Positions 43,136 through 58,684 of a stretch of DNA of 64,000 nucleotides are shown here, one piece after another. This stretch comes from the human T2T-CHM13v2.0 reference genome, Homo sapiens, in NCBI RefSeq assembly GCF_009914755.1, contig NC_060939.1. One strand, 5' to 3'. The position numbers were made by a program, and so were the translations under genes. The notes under the pieces are model-generated. The model was not told the origin of the DNA. It saw nothing but the letters and a program-made list of their open reading frames with translations, and did no database searches. How positions within the stretch are numbered: position 1 is the stretch's first letter; each line of letters opens with the position of its first letter.

Positions 43136-43714
43136 GGGGAGCTTTGAGGACCAGGCAGCTCAATAGTGACACCATCCATATCTCATAGGTGCCAGCCCCT
43201 TCTTTGGCCCTTTTGGAAGAGCAGAGAAAAGCATGCATTTCCAGAAATAATGAGAGATCAAGGAACCACACTCAGAGAGAACTGTAGTGATTCTCCCCCA
43301 AACTCATAGCACCCTGAAAGTGGACTCTTCAGAAGTTTCCTCAGGTCACAAGCCCGTGGCCATCCATTTGGGACATAACACTCAGTCTTTTCCAGGGAGG
43401 AGGGGAGGGCTCAGTTGGGAGTCAGAAGCCAAGAGAGCAGGCATTTCGAAGTTTGCACACAGCCTTGCATTTGAATGCTGTCCCTCTGCTAATTCACACT
43501 TTCCTTAAAATGCACGCTTTTCCATAGGGTTCCTATGCCTTCCTGACTAGTGAGTTCTTGAGCTCTCCCGTCTTTCTTGTGTGGTAATGTTCAGGCAGGA
43601 CTGAATACCCAGAGTGGACCTGGTGCAGAAAAAGCTGTGACTCCTACCCCAGCCCACAGTATTCCTATTTAGAAAATTCTGCAATCTTATTTTGACACTC
43701 CCCAGCTCTCCATG

Positions 43715-43945
43715 TGAGAGCCAAATTGCCTGGGTTCACATCCTGCTGTTACAAGTTCTTGCCAACTGTGTCCCAGTAAGCAAGTTACTTCATCCCCCTT
43801 CCCTATTTTTCTCATTAGTAAAATCAGGGTGATAATTATGATACCTAATATAATTGGTAGTGTGAGGATTAAATAAATTAATACATGCAACGTGCTTAGA
43901 ACAATGTCTGGAAGCTAGTAAGTACTCAGTAAATATTAGTGTTTA
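43715..43945 (+). mobile_element. MIR
   Basis: gcctgggttcacatcctgct...gcaagttactt...gtgaggattaaataaattaatacatgcaacgtgcttagaacaatgtctgg...tactcagtaaat. Confidence 0.85.
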
Positions 43946-46206
43946 TCAGTTTTTTACCTACCTACTCATTGCACTAGGGTGGTATTCTACCACTTTAAAA
44001 AACGAGATTTAAAGGTTCCCTTCCTTAGTTTAGTAGAAGGAGCATAAAGTTTTGGAGGTGTGTGGTTTTTCTCCAACATTGTGTAACTCCTGTAAGTTTC
44101 AGTTTCCTGGTCTGCTAAATTGGGCTAAGAGTCCTCTGAGGAGGATTCAACGAGATAATACACGGCCATTCCCTCCTTAGGGCCCCATATTGCTTACACT
44201 CTATCTACACTAGAGCATTGAGTATCCTATGTTATGTTTGTCACTAGACTGTGAGCCTCTTGAGAGAAAGGGTTGTATCTTTTTTATCTTCCCATTTCCA
44301 GAGCTTTACTCTGCCTGGCATGAAGGGAGAATCAAATCAATGCATGTCTGCTGAAGTGACGGCACCTAGTACAATACCTAGCTCGTATTAGAGGATCAAT
44401 GAACTATGGTTTTCCTCCTAAGGTTATAAAGCCAGTCAGTAGCATAAGAGGGCTAATCTTGACATTCTGTTCCTTAAACCGATTAGTAAAGTTACCTTAC
44501 AAGGAAGATTATTGAGGAAGTGATTATAGAATGCCTTTAGTTCATGAGCAAAAATAGCACTTAAATAGAGGTTCCATTAGACAGTTGATCTACCTTTCTA
44601 TTTTCCAAATTGGGCTTTCTGTAAAACATCCATTGTATTTCCTTCAGTTTTCAGTTTCAGTACATTTTAGACGAAGTGGAAACCCTCAGGACGCAGTCAT
44701 CAATAATTCTCAGTAAGAATTCTGGCTCCTCCGTAATTGAATTGCCCTCTCCTGCTAATTTGTGTGCATCCATACAATATATCCCTTTCTTCCAACTAAA
44801 AACATCACTCATTGACATTGCTGAAAATTCAGAACCAAGATGGAGAAGTGAAAAGGGCCCAGGGGATAGAAGAAATTAAATTGGATGTTTCCTCAGAGTT
44901 AAGGTATTTTTTCTTCCTTTACATCTTGGTAAGTAGTCACTTTTGTGGTGATAGCAGTGGTACGATGGGAGCATATATGATGGGTAACATTTTATATTCG
45001 TATATGTCACTGATACAGTTTGAAAACAATTTTAAGATGCATGAACAGTATTTTTTCTCATCAGAAGTTTTTGGTCTAAAGCTATTCTTCTCAGAAAAAA
45101 CTGACTTTCTAACAGCAACTTCTTATACAGAATAACCCTTGGCTTCGTACCGTGTATTCCATTGGTGTAGAATTAGAAAAAATTGAGTCTACTAGAATAT
45201 AGTTCTGTTACTGCAACCTACACTTATAAGCCCTCAGATCTTCTTATACAATTTCAGAAACTCAAACACTCCAGTCCAAAATAATGAGATGACGGGCCAC
45301 ATTCAAAACTTGAAATGGAATATGTGAGGAAGTGAAAACATTTTTTCCAAAAAAATTTAAACAGTAAAATAGGGTGTGCCTTTGATTTAAATTCTGAATG
45401 TTTGAAAATGTAAGCAATTGATTCTTATCAGCCTCCTTCATACAATACTTTGTTTATTTTTCCATCTTGACTGTCTCAGTTATTCTGTTTCCCATTTAAT
45501 GAAGACAGATTTTGTAATTCTTGTTTCATTAATGTTGGCCTCTCGAGTCTGATTTAGCCAGAATAGCTGTGATCATATGCAGAATTTAATAGGGAAGGGA
45601 AATAGCTAATTACATATGTTATCAAAGGAAGCCAGGAAGTGCCTGGAGAGAAGATACATCCGTAAATCTCAGAGTCACACATCATAGCACAGAGTATGGA
45701 GCCTGTGAGAAAGAACTAACTGTGTGGCTGATGTCAAGGTTTCATCCAAGCTAGAAAATCTTGCATAGAAAGCACCCAAACTTGTACTTGCCTTGTTCCC
45801 TTCTGGGCTCCCGAATTGTTATAGGGCTTTTGAAAAAAATTAATGATACAAATCCTGCATCCCAAATAGGATGACTGTATAATCACAGAACCAGCAGGAA
45901 CTCTTAGCAGTTCCCATGATGTGGACCAAAAGCAGGACCAACTCCAGGCAGGCATTCTATGGGAAGTACACAATGACATCTCACACTGCCTCTCCCTCTA
46001 CTGTGCCCCTGCTCTCCCTCCACCATCCCATTACAGTTTTCTCTCATCTCCTCCTTTTGCATTCAAGTGTAGATCCACGTACTGGATACCAGGCAACCTT
46101 GGGCATCTACACCAATGACTTCATTTCACTAAGAAAAAATGAGGTCAGAGTTTATGAGTTTGGAACAGAACCTACTACTCATAAGTGTCAGAACTCCATT
46201 TGTTGA

Positions 46207-46534
<328 letters not shown>

Positions 46535-47459
46535 TGTCAATGGTTTTTAAAGTTATTATAATGTTCAACATTAACCAAAACATGTTTTAGGAGTCCAGAA
46601 TCAGTTAATAGTCATTTCACACCGAAGATGAATTGATGCTAATAGGAGGAGGGGCATGACCTCAGAAGTAACTACAATATGAGGCTACTGCTGCAGAGAA
46701 GAGGCAACAGGTCTGCCCTCTCACTTGCAGCAGATGTGACTCCCTGCATCTCTGTTTCCAGCTGCTTTACACTCCTGCAAAAATAAGCCAGGAGAAGACA
46801 GTGGTTGCTACAGCACCTTCAGTAGAATAAATTTTTTAGAAAGATCCAGTTGCACTTTCTTTACTGTCACAACAGCCTTATGAAATTCACAGCTGTCATA
46901 TATTCCAGGACTATGATATTTTTCATTTATTCCATTATTTGTAAGTTTACCAGGTGGTAGAGCCAAGGTGGTGGGGTAAAGTAATGGAGTGGTGAGTTCT
47001 ATCCTGAGGCCAAGGTTGTTGGCAATCTCCCTGAACTTCTCTCTATCCGACAGCTGCTTAAGGGTTACCATTCCCATTTCCGGTGGTTGAAATTGTACCA
47101 TAAGCTTAACTCATCAAGCTTAAGAATCAAATGGCACTTATTGTGATGCAGTGAATGGTTATGGAGATAAGAAACCACAAAAGACACTCAACCACTCCAT
47201 TTGCGAATTGAACTTGTCCTTCTGTAAAGCTCACTTCTGGGGTCACATGAACTGGAAGATTCAAATTTGGAGTTGCACCGTGGCATCATCATATACTAGC
47301 TGGGAACTAGCAGTTCAAGTAACTCCTTGGCATCTTTATTTCCTTATTTGTAAAATATTGATAGTAATAGATTAAATTAGAGTATCCAACACATAATAAA
47401 TGCTCAATAAATGTCAACTATCAAATGTGCAAGATGGGAATAATAATACTTACTGCCAT

Positions 47460-47885
47460 GGTTGAGGTGGATAATTCTACCTGATGTAACAAAACACCAT
47501 TAAGTCTCAGTGGCTTAACACAAGGAAAGTGTATTTCTCATCTTATATTTCAGTATAAATTGTGGGGGAGGGACTCAGTTCCATATGGTGATTTGAGGGT
47601 CCAGAGACCTCCCGTTGTGTATTTCCACCACCTTCTAGAACCGTATCATTCCCTGAACTCAGCCCATAGATGGGGAAAGGTGGCTGGAAAGAGAGAGAAT
47701 GTAAAGAAAGGACACGAGTCTCACCACCTTAGTTCAGAGGTGACACATCACTCCTGGGTCTGTTCCATTGTTGAGACCTCGTTGTATGGCCACACCTAGA
47801 AGCAAGGGAGCTGGAAAAGTTGTCCAGTTCCATGCCCAGATGTGAAAACACAGATTCTGGAAGGCTCTTGCAGCCTCAGCCACAT
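47460..47885 (-). mobile_element. Old MaLR LTR (MLT1J/K-like)
   Basis: gtaacaaaac...tctcagtggcttaacacaaggaaagtgtatttctc...gtgacacatcact...gcaagggagctggaaaa. Confidence 0.7.
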
Positions 47886-49099
47886 CTATCTTGAAGGACT
47901 GAACTGACAAGTAGATTAGATACTGCTTGTTAAACGGCCAGGTGGGAGCCAATCGCAGCAGCAGCCTTTATAAATGTAGCTATTGTTACCATTAATCTCA
48001 AATCACTGAGTCAAGATGGTGAGATCTTTTACAACACATTTAGAAAGGAAAGAAAAGTCCGGAGCTACTGTTCAAGTTTGTCTTGATTCTAAAGCCTTCA
48101 TAGACCTGAAGGTTAGGCAGGCCTTCTGTTCCATTTTGCAATGGGCATCTAGATAAGTGACCCAGCAAAACAGTGCCAAAGCACTTCAGAGCTGCTGGAC
48201 TCTTAGAGAAAACAAAGAAAAATATAATACTGATATGTTTGTTGTAAGCTCTAAGGCAGTTCCAAATATTGTCTTTTTTTGTATTATCAAATATGTTATT
48301 GTGGACCTTCTGCTTTCTGGCTATGAGGTCTTGCCAAGTTATTTGAATTCCGTAAATCTTCATTTTTCTAATTGTAAAATGAGGACAATACTTGTTCTGT
48401 CTCAGAGGGTAGTGCTAGATATAGGGTGTTGCCACCTTCTTCCTCCTGTTCCTCTTCCTCCTCTTCTTTCTATTCTTAACATGGTTATTATTCCTATTAT
48501 CATCTATGCATCAACTCTAGTGCACAGATTATATATGCATTCTAATTATCTCCTTGACTTTCTCCTGGGCCAAGGGCAGCCACCTGATGTGGCTGGAAAA
48601 GCATGAACCTGGAGTCAGGGAAGGCTGGATTCAACAATGACTCTGGCACTTGCTAACTAGGTGTGACTCCTCAAGCAACTCATTCAACTTCTTTGTGTGT
48701 GTTTCCTCATCTCGAAATAAGGTAAGAATTCCTAACAGTAAAGGGTTTGAAGACGTATGGTAAATCATTCTTTGTTCTGCTTGGCATAAAATGAAAGCTA
48801 ATTTCCTTGTCCCTCATGCAGATTTTCATGGGTCCTAAGAATTTAGGAAATGGTTGCACCCTGGCACCTTGGAATAATTGAGATACAATGCAGATAAATA
48901 GATTACATGTTTTGATGAAAGGTTTTTGATGCTGTAGGGTTCATTGTTGTTTTGATTTCTTGGTGCAATAATATATCTTTTGTTGCAGTTGAGTCCAAAG
49001 CTCATACCTCTTGTCACGTGACAATCAATAATTGAAGCAACAAAGTATCAGGCCAAGGAAGGTGACTTTATTGCAGAGAACCAGCACAACCACCTTTCT

Positions 49100-49555
49100 C
49101 AACATGTTATTCACTGATTTTAACAAATTATAGCCATCCTAGTAGGTGTGAAGTTTTATCGCATTGCAGTTTGGATTTGCATTTCTCTAATGACTAATGA
49201 TGTTGAACATTTTTTTCATATGCATATTGGCTGCTTGTATATCTTCTTTAAAAATATCTATTTGCGTACTTTGCTCATTTTTGGATTGATACTTGTTGGG
49301 CAGAAACTGATTTAAAATAAACGTTCAATTCATGGTAACTAGTTCTAAATTAACCTTACCATTTCTTCAAACTTATTTAATTTTGTTTGTTGATCTGTCT
49401 GATTTAGAGAGAGATGTTTAAATATTTCCCACCTTAATTACAGCTTTGTAGAATTCCTGATTGCTAATAGTTTTGCTTCACATGTTTTGATGCAAGGTTT
49501 TTGATGCTTCGGGGTTCATTGTTGTTCATTGACTTCTTGGTGTACTAATGGTTCC
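49100..49555 (-). mobile_element. Old L1 fragments
   Basis: tagccatcctagtaggtgtgaag...atttgcatttctctaatgactaatgatgttgaaca; ttgatctgtctga...gatgttta. Confidence 0.7.
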
Positions 49556-49560
49556 TTCAT

Positions 49561-50120
49561 CGTAGTTGAGTCCAACGCCTGAACTGCTCACCACATGACA
49601 GCCAATAAGTCAAGAGACAAGGTGTTGAGGCAAGGACATTGACTTTATTTCGGAGAACCAGCAAACTGAGAAGATGGTGGACTCATGTCCTAAAGAACCA
49701 TCCATCTTAACCATCTTAAGTTAATAGAATTTTAGACTCCTTTTATGTTAGGGGAGAGGGAAAAGGGAAAGACTTGGGATCAAGAGGTGACCAATGATTG
49801 CAGACATCAAGAGGTGACCAATGATTGCAGTGGCAGGTGTCGAAGGGAGGCTTGTGAAGCTTCTTTGCCCTTGGTCAGGTACATCTTTCCTTGTATGTAC
49901 ATGCTCCTTATTTCTTCAAGAGTTACTTTTGGGAAGAGACTATTATCATTCTTGCTTTAATGCTAAACTGTAAACTAAATTCCTCCCATAGTTAGCTCAG
50001 CCTACATGCAGAGATAAGCAAAAGCAGTTAACCTAAAATGTGTAACCTAAAATGTATCACTGCAGAGAGTTTAGAAGCAAAATAGAGCTTGTCAAGCTAG
50101 GCATGCTTTTCACTGCTCCA
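49561..50120 (-). mobile_element. ERV1 solo LTR (LTR8/MER4-group-like) inserted in L1
   Basis: Reverse strand ...gtaggctgagctaactatgggaggaatttagtttacagtttag...; L1 sequence resumes at 50120-50560. Confidence 0.7.
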
Positions 50121-51307
50121 TTATCAATATAAAGTGTTCCTCTTTGCCTTTTAAATCTGTTTTGCTTGAATTTTACTTTGCCTAATGAGTTCCTCTGCTT
50201 TTAAAATTTTGTTTATGTTTGTTTGGTATTTTTTAACAAACCTCTTTACTTTCAAGCTTTGTGTCATTTACTGCATGTATATCTCCATAAACAGCTTATA
50301 GCAGGATTTAAATTTTTACCCATTCTAAAAGAACTTGTTTTTTAACCTCTCTCGTCACTCTTGATGTATTTGGTGTTATTTTTGCCATCTCTTAATGTTT
50401 TCTTTCTGAGATCTTATGTTTCTTCCTTTTTTCTACTTCTTGACTTTCCTAAATGCTCAAAATCTTTTTTAGTTTTAGTTTTTGTCTCTTTTGTGGTTTT
50501 TAAGGTATACATCCTAATTCTTTTTATTTTACTGCTGGTTGCCCTGCATTTTTTACAAGCATAAGTTGAGGAACAGGTTGGGGGGTGATGATTTCTATTT
50601 TGGGAGGAGTTAAAGATGGTGTTACCTTATCGACATGAAGATGCCTTGTCTCTGTCACCTCTAGGTCTTTACCCCAGTCTGGGATCTTGGACACATCTGA
50701 ATCAATACCTAACCATCCTTCAGCCTCAGAGTAAATATTCCTTCCTCAGGAAGGCTTTCCCATGTCAGCACCTCAGCAAAGTGCCCGCCACGTGCTCCCA
50801 GAGTGCTCTCTCTCTCAGCCTGTCACTGCAGTGCTCACCCTGCTTTGTAACCAACCTTTCCTTGTCTGTCCCCATTGGAGGCTGATGCTACGTCTTGCTC
50901 CCTGGTCTATCCCAACATCTTGCTAGGTCTGATGTAAGACCCAGGAATCTGCATTTTAAATCTGTCCTCTGTGTAATACTGACAGGAAACACTTTCTAGG
51001 GCTGGAGTCATTAGCAAGGTGAATTTAGTAGAGAGAGCTGGGGTTTAACCCTTAGGCAATGTTTCTATATCTCAGGGGGAGAACAGTTGCATTGAAGGGA
51101 TTTTATCCAGGCTGATACCAGGTTGATCATGTCCTGAGGAGTCTTGCCCATGTTTCTGGTCCATTTGTAAACAATTGCTGGAGGTCAATTAGGAAACAGC
51201 TCCCAGGGCTGTCTGAGCCTTGGGCAACACGAAGAAGGTGAGGAAGAAGGTCAGCTGTGGGTTGCTGGGGCTGTTCAGTGCTGTGTCCCATGTTCAGTGA
51301 ATGCATT

Positions 51308-51707
51308 TGATATGGTTAGACGTGTTTCTCCTCCAAATATCATGTTGAAACGTGATCCCCAATGTTGTAGGTGGGGCCTGGTAGGAGGTGTTTGGGTCAT
51401 GGAGGTGGGCATTCTCCCCCATGAATTGCTTGGCGCCCTCCACATTGTAAAGTGTTCACAAAGATCTTGTTGTTTAAAAAGCCTAGTACTTCTTGCCCGC
51501 TCTCTTGTTACCACTCTCACCATATGGTACACTAGCCCCTCACTAGCCTTTCACCATGATTATAAGCTTCCTGAGGTCTCCCCAGGAGCAGATGCTGGCA
51601 TCATGCTTCTCATATTGCCTGCAGAACTGTGAGCCAAAATAAACCTCTTTTATTTATAAATCACCCAGCCTTAGCCATTCCTTTATAGTAATGCAAATGG
51701 ACTAACA
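51308..51707 (+). mobile_element. MaLR LTR (MSTB-like)
   Basis: tgatatggttaga...gtggggcctggtaggaggtgtttgggtcatgg...aaatggactaaca; TSD gcatt/gcatc. Confidence 0.9.
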
Positions 51708-52324
51708 GCATCTAAGCTTCCAAAAGGCACATCAGGGGACAGACATCATGTTGCCTTTTATCTCAGAGTCGGTAATCTCTGATATGGATGAAGTGTATAT
51801 ATGTGCCTTAGTCCTTATAACCTTAGTCAACACTTGCACTGACAGGTAGGTCAGGATTGCTGGGGGCCAACTGTGGGGGAATCTGGAACCTGTTTCCTCA
51901 AGGTGTGCATTGTTTGTATTTGCCTGAGAAAGTGTCACTTCCAGTTACAAGTAACTGCAGTGAAAAGGATAGCGTGCAGCCAGGATAATTGAAATCTGCA
52001 TTGCCTATGGCTTATTTCTCACATTAGTTCTTACTCCTATAGATTTAGTGCCATTGGGACTATGTTTAGGCAGGTGGGATGCAGAAGAAGATGGGGATTC
52101 AGGAGGAGCTAGGGCAGTGAACAAGAGGCAGTGGTGAGAGGGACACTGGGACCTGCTGTGTCCATCTGGTGTCTCATTAAGACAGCTCACCTGCATTGAT
52201 ATGTCACAGAAGTCCATGTTACACCAAAAGACTTTACTTCTTTGCCTGGTTTGAAAGCCTGTCATTATGAATGTGTTCTCTTTTTAAAATGTGATGAAAA
52301 TAGTTAATTGATTCCCAATGCTAG

Positions 52325-52675
<351 letters not shown>

Positions 52676-52848
52676 CCACCTGTTTTTAATATTGGGTTTG
52701 GAGCTTGTTGGGTATAATTAGATACCTGTGTGGTGCGGGACTTTTGTGTTTGCTTTTACTTCAAAACCCTAGAATCAGATTATTTCATCCCTTTTAGGGA
52801 AACTTACTTGTCACAAGGAATACATGTTTGAGACACGCCCTCTTCACC

Positions 52849-53329
52849 TTGTTGGTGAGAGGGGATTTTCATCCCAGGGTTGTGAGGATGGCAGAACACA
52901 TGACACCCCACACCCCACCGATGAGACACACAGCAGGTAATTAGTCAGGTAGACTCAGCCTGGGAGAGAAGAGCACACACACACCACGCAGAATCACACA
53001 GGGAGTCACTCAGGAGCAGAGGGAATAAGAGGCTGGAGGAGGCAGGGTTTGTAGTATCAAGAGGGTAGAGTGACCTCCAGTTCCCAAGGGAGGATGAGAT
53101 CGGCTTGTTTGCACATTCTGTGGGCTGGCAGAGAACCAAAACCTGCTACTAAAGGATCAGCAGGAACTGCGCCTGGTTCCTTTGTTAAGGAGGTTTGTTT
53201 GGCTGGAAGACCTTATCCATGGGAACAGAGTAGGGAGAGGAACTTGCTATTAGGCCATTCAAGGCCCTCTCAATTTTACCGGATGTCAAGGCAGCACACA
53301 ATATGGAGCCTGAATTTCGGGCCTTACAC
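52849..53329 (-). mobile_element. ERVL-class solo LTR (MER70-like)
   Basis: Reverse strand begins tgtaaggcccgaaattcaggctccatattgtgtgctgccttgacatc...gaatggcctaatagcaagttcc. Confidence 0.6.
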
Positions 53330-53589
53330 TGCGATATACCATCATTATGCAACTTTGGGAAATACCATTCCTATCTTATTCTACAGAATAGCACCCAGTT
53401 ACTCCTCGGATCCTGATTACAGGATATAAAGTGTAGTTAACTATGGCATTCATAGATGGGATTAACCTGCTAATCTTTTGTCTTTTTAATGTTACTCTAT
53501 TGCTTAAGCATTGATTCCAGAGGAAGAAGGACCAGACACTCTTTGTTGTTTGAACTTACTTGGAAATTCATGAGAGTCAGTACTACACT

Positions 53590-53775
53590 GACTCTAAGTT
53601 GGTCAGTGTGGTCTCCAGGCCAGCAACATCAGCATTACCTGGGATCCTATTAGAAATCCAAATTCTTGGGCTCCCTGCTAGAAATACCACACCTGGATCT
53701 TAAGAAAAGGTCCAGGAATTTGTTTTAACAGGACCTCCCAGCGATTCTCATACTAAAGTTTGGGAAGAACCACTT
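53590..53775. mobile_element. MER5A-like hAT MITE
   Basis: cagcaacatcagcattacctggga...ttagaaatccaaattcttgggc...ttttaacagg...taaagtttgggaagaaccact. Confidence 0.75.
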
Positions 53776-53802
53776 TGGTGGGACTCGTGACAGTTACTCT
53801 CA

Positions 53803-54348
<546 letters not shown>

Positions 54349-54892
54349 CTAAGCCCTTTTCTTTAAATAAAGCCCTTCATCTGCCCTAGAAAGGATAAAG
54401 ATGAAAGAAAACTCTGTTGGCAGTATGGTTGATATTGCAGAGCAGTGGGAAAAGTAGTGAAGCTAATTTTGAGGAAAAACGCTTTTCATAAAAGAAGGAA
54501 AAACATGCAGGCCAAACTGATGACACTAGACCAGGTGGAGAGAGATAAAGTCAGTACAATACAAGAAAGGCAGGTTTGACTTAAGATGGCGAATGAAACC
54601 TGCTGATCAGGTAAAGTTGAGGATATTGGACCTTGTGCAGTGACGGAGAATGTCACAATACTCCTAGTGGTGTCTCAAACAGGAGAAATTACGGGAGAAT
54701 ACTTACAGAAGTTTAGAGCCTGGGCTGAACAGTTTTAAGGAAGATCTGCAAGATGAGGAACTGGTTGGGACTGGGCATAGCTTAGGGCTTAACAGCTTTT
54801 TGGATTGGTCGGCATAGCATGGTCGCCTGAAGTGAACCTAATAAGCAAGTTGTAAGCCTTGACCAAAAACGCAAACAAAATTAAGGAACTCA

Positions 54893-55196
<304 letters not shown>

Positions 55197-55414
55197 AAAA
55201 ATTAAGGAACTCATTTACAATATGCTTCCTAATATTTTAGATTACCTAGTTTGATTTAAAAAATAGATCTCTAATGGTTCAAACATTTCTAAAATCTGAT
55301 TTAAGATGAGTGTCAAAGAGCAAAGGCACAACTACAATGCTGAAATATTTTAAATTCATCATCAGCTCATCCTCTAAATTCTGTAGTTTATTTACCCTGA
55401 GTATATGTATGATA

Positions 55415-55719
55415 CAGTTGACCCTAGCAGCAGGCTCCGCATCCATGGATTCAACCAGCAGTAGATCAGAAATATTCAAAAAAAAATAACAATGCAACAA
55501 TAAAAATAATATACATTTGAAAACAATACAGTGCAACAACTATTTACATTGTATCACATAGTAAAGTAATCTGCAGATGATGTAAGTATGTATAGGAGGA
55601 TGTACATAGATTATACTCAAATGTTAGGGCATTTTATATAAATGACTTAAGCATCTGTAGATTTTGGTATCTGCAGGGGATCCTGGAACCAATCATCTGT
55701 GGATACTGAGAGACAACTG
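55415..55719 (+). mobile_element. Tigger3a/MER2-like Tc1-mariner MITE
   Basis: TIR ends cagttg...caactg flanked by TA; catccatggattcaacc, gattttggtatctgcagggg. Confidence 0.85.
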
Positions 55720-57252
55720 TATGTATAAATTTTGTGAACTCCATCTTATTTTTGATTGATAGAATATCACTGCTTACTTTGAAATGATTATGCATTACTT
55801 TAATCACAACCAATTCAAGAATATTTCTGTTCATTGGTGCCTTCATGTAGAACAATATTTTTAATAATGCTTTCCACCACCAAAATTTGTATTTGTAGTA
55901 TTATCTCAAAAACCAACAACTTTTCCATCAATGTTTAATTTTAAAATTGACTTTACAATGCACTTACGAGAATTTAAAATGATTCACTTTTGATAGGATG
56001 CATTTCAAAAAGCTTTGTTACAATTTCATAAATTAGGTGGAAAAATTGAACCGCTTAAGGACTCACCCCAACTCATTTTCTATTTGAAGCATCTCATGCT
56101 TGCAAAGGTCTTCTTCTATTAATGTTATTAACACATTAACAGCTGTTGCTTTACTTTTTTATAGGCACAAGAAAAGTTGGAATAAAAGTGAGAAAAATTA
56201 TTTCAGAAGTGTCTAAGCTAAATGTGATTATTTTGTTTGATCTGAATGAGAAATCATGCTTCAGTGTGATATGTAAATACACTGTGTGCAGAGTGGCACA
56301 TGGTAATAACTTGTCTGCAGGTACAGTCTTCTTAAAATAGAATCTTCAATTGATCCTAAAGGTTCAAGTTTGTTGCAGCTGGAAAAATATGTAGATTTAA
56401 TTATTTGCATTTGTGTCCCACATACTAGAAGCCATGAGTGAAGGTGAAGATACAAAGTGAAAAATCTATTAAATCCACCCAGCTTATGTTGCTGTAACTG
56501 TTAATAATAATACTTTATGAGAAAATGAAGTCTGGGCAAACACAAAAATAGACAAGACCTCAGGACGACAGAGATAAACTGAAATTATTCTAGGAAAACC
56601 AGATTATGTGGTCGCCCTACCTCCACCTCCACCTTGATCCATCTCTCTCCAAAAAAGGTCTCCTTTTCTCTACAGATCTGAATAAGATGGCCCATCCTCT
56701 TGCCTTACAAAAGCCCAATGCCCTTTCCAAAATGTTTCTGGATACCATGGCCTTGCATTCTCATGGTCACCTCTAGCCCTAAATTTCTGATTCTTCTGAA
56801 TTGTTTTTCACACCTTTAAAAAAATTTATACTTTGGTATCAAATGAAATTCAACTCCTTTCTTAATTTCTACAAAACAACAACTTGTGTAGCTGATGAGT
56901 GACAAATTTGGTTGTTGAAAAGGGAGGGATCAACTTGTGTTCCCAGTAACTTATAACTGAATATTTCTTTATATCCTTGTTTCCCAAATTCCCTGGGCCC
57001 GTCATTCATGCTGCTTGCTCATTCTTTCCCTTCTGCCCCCTCCTTCGGAGCTGCCACCCCATTCATCCCATTTTCTTCTGTAGAGTGATTTATTACTCGC
57101 TAGGTTTGTACTCAAAACTCAGCCCCAGGCCTCCCTTTGAGTTGAGAAATGCCTTGAAATTAACACTGACAGGGGTGTTTCAAATGAAAAACTAGGCAAA
57201 GTCTATTGACTAATTTCTTTCCTAATTTCTGCAAGGTAAGTAGGAATGGTTT

Positions 57253-57372
57253 TGTGTGTGTGTGTGTGTGCGTGTGTGTGTGTAGAAAGACAGAGAAAGA
57301 GAGAAATAAAGATGCAAGTTTATATATGTGTAGAAATATATATGTGTGTGTGTATGTGTGTATGTATGTATT
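57253..57372. repeat. (TG)n and (TA/TG/TATG)n microsatellites
   Basis: tgtgtgtgtgtgtgtgtgcgtgtgtgtgtg; tatatatgtgtgtgtgtatgtgtgtatgtatg. Confidence 0.9.
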
Positions 57373-58440
57373 TATATTACTCTTCCAAAACATTTCCCTA
57401 GCCTATAGGTTTAGAAGAAGTCACATTAATATTAACACTTACATTTCATGGGCTCATAATACCTCTTTGCAGGACCTTAGCCTCAAAGTCACTCCAATTT
57501 TATCTGGGTTCCCTGGGATTTTATCACACAGAAAAATCTGCCCTTTTTAGGGTGCTGCTCTGATTCTGCCAGGGACCCTCCATCCCCTGTGAGCATCCAT
57601 TGACGACCATGTTTTCTGGGCACCTAGTCCCTTCTGGTGCTTTGTCACGGTTCCTGAGATCACCAGATAGTGGAAATGGGCCCAGCACAGTGATGTGTCT
57701 AACTTAAAGGTAGGACAAAAGCTATTCTCCCAACCCTGTGTTTCAGCTCCTCGCCTGGACATCTAATCTGCGTATCTCATGGCTCACTGATTTTCTTATG
57801 ACCCTGTTTATAGGCATCTGGCTAACAAATTCCTCTAGACAGCTTCTCTCAACACCCCCACTCCTATGTAGATCAGTTGCTATAGACATGTGTGAGCCCC
57901 TGACCCCATGCACAGATAGGTACAAATCTCAATTTAGGTTCATATGGAAATGAGACCTTTGTGCCTATTTTGCTTTTTTTTTTTTTTTCTAGATTCTCAC
58001 ATGCCATCGAATGTAAGATTTACTAATGGTGAAGCAGGGGGGCAGGGTAGAGAGAAAAAACCACCACATTAAGCTCATATTTTTAAGATGTACTTTCATT
58101 TCAGAAACTTCCAAATTAAAAAAAAATTGACCTTAAAATTGAAGGAAGAAGTATAATTTATTTTAGTATTTTTTGTTTTGAATTTATGAGTCTTTTATTC
58201 AAAAAACTTCTTATATTTTGCTATAAACTTATACATTCAATGTATATACAGAAATCATAGAATTTTAGAGCTAAAGCTAAAGTAAATTTCCTTATTAAAA
58301 AGTTTGGACCGAGAGAAGTTGGTGATATCTTGAAGGAAAAGAACCTGGTATGATTGAATAGGTGGTGTTCAGCTTTTCTGCCTCTGTGTCCGTAGCATTT
58401 TGTCCAAAGACAGAAAATATGCATTTAAAGTGTTCACCTT

Positions 58441-58684
<244 letters not shown>

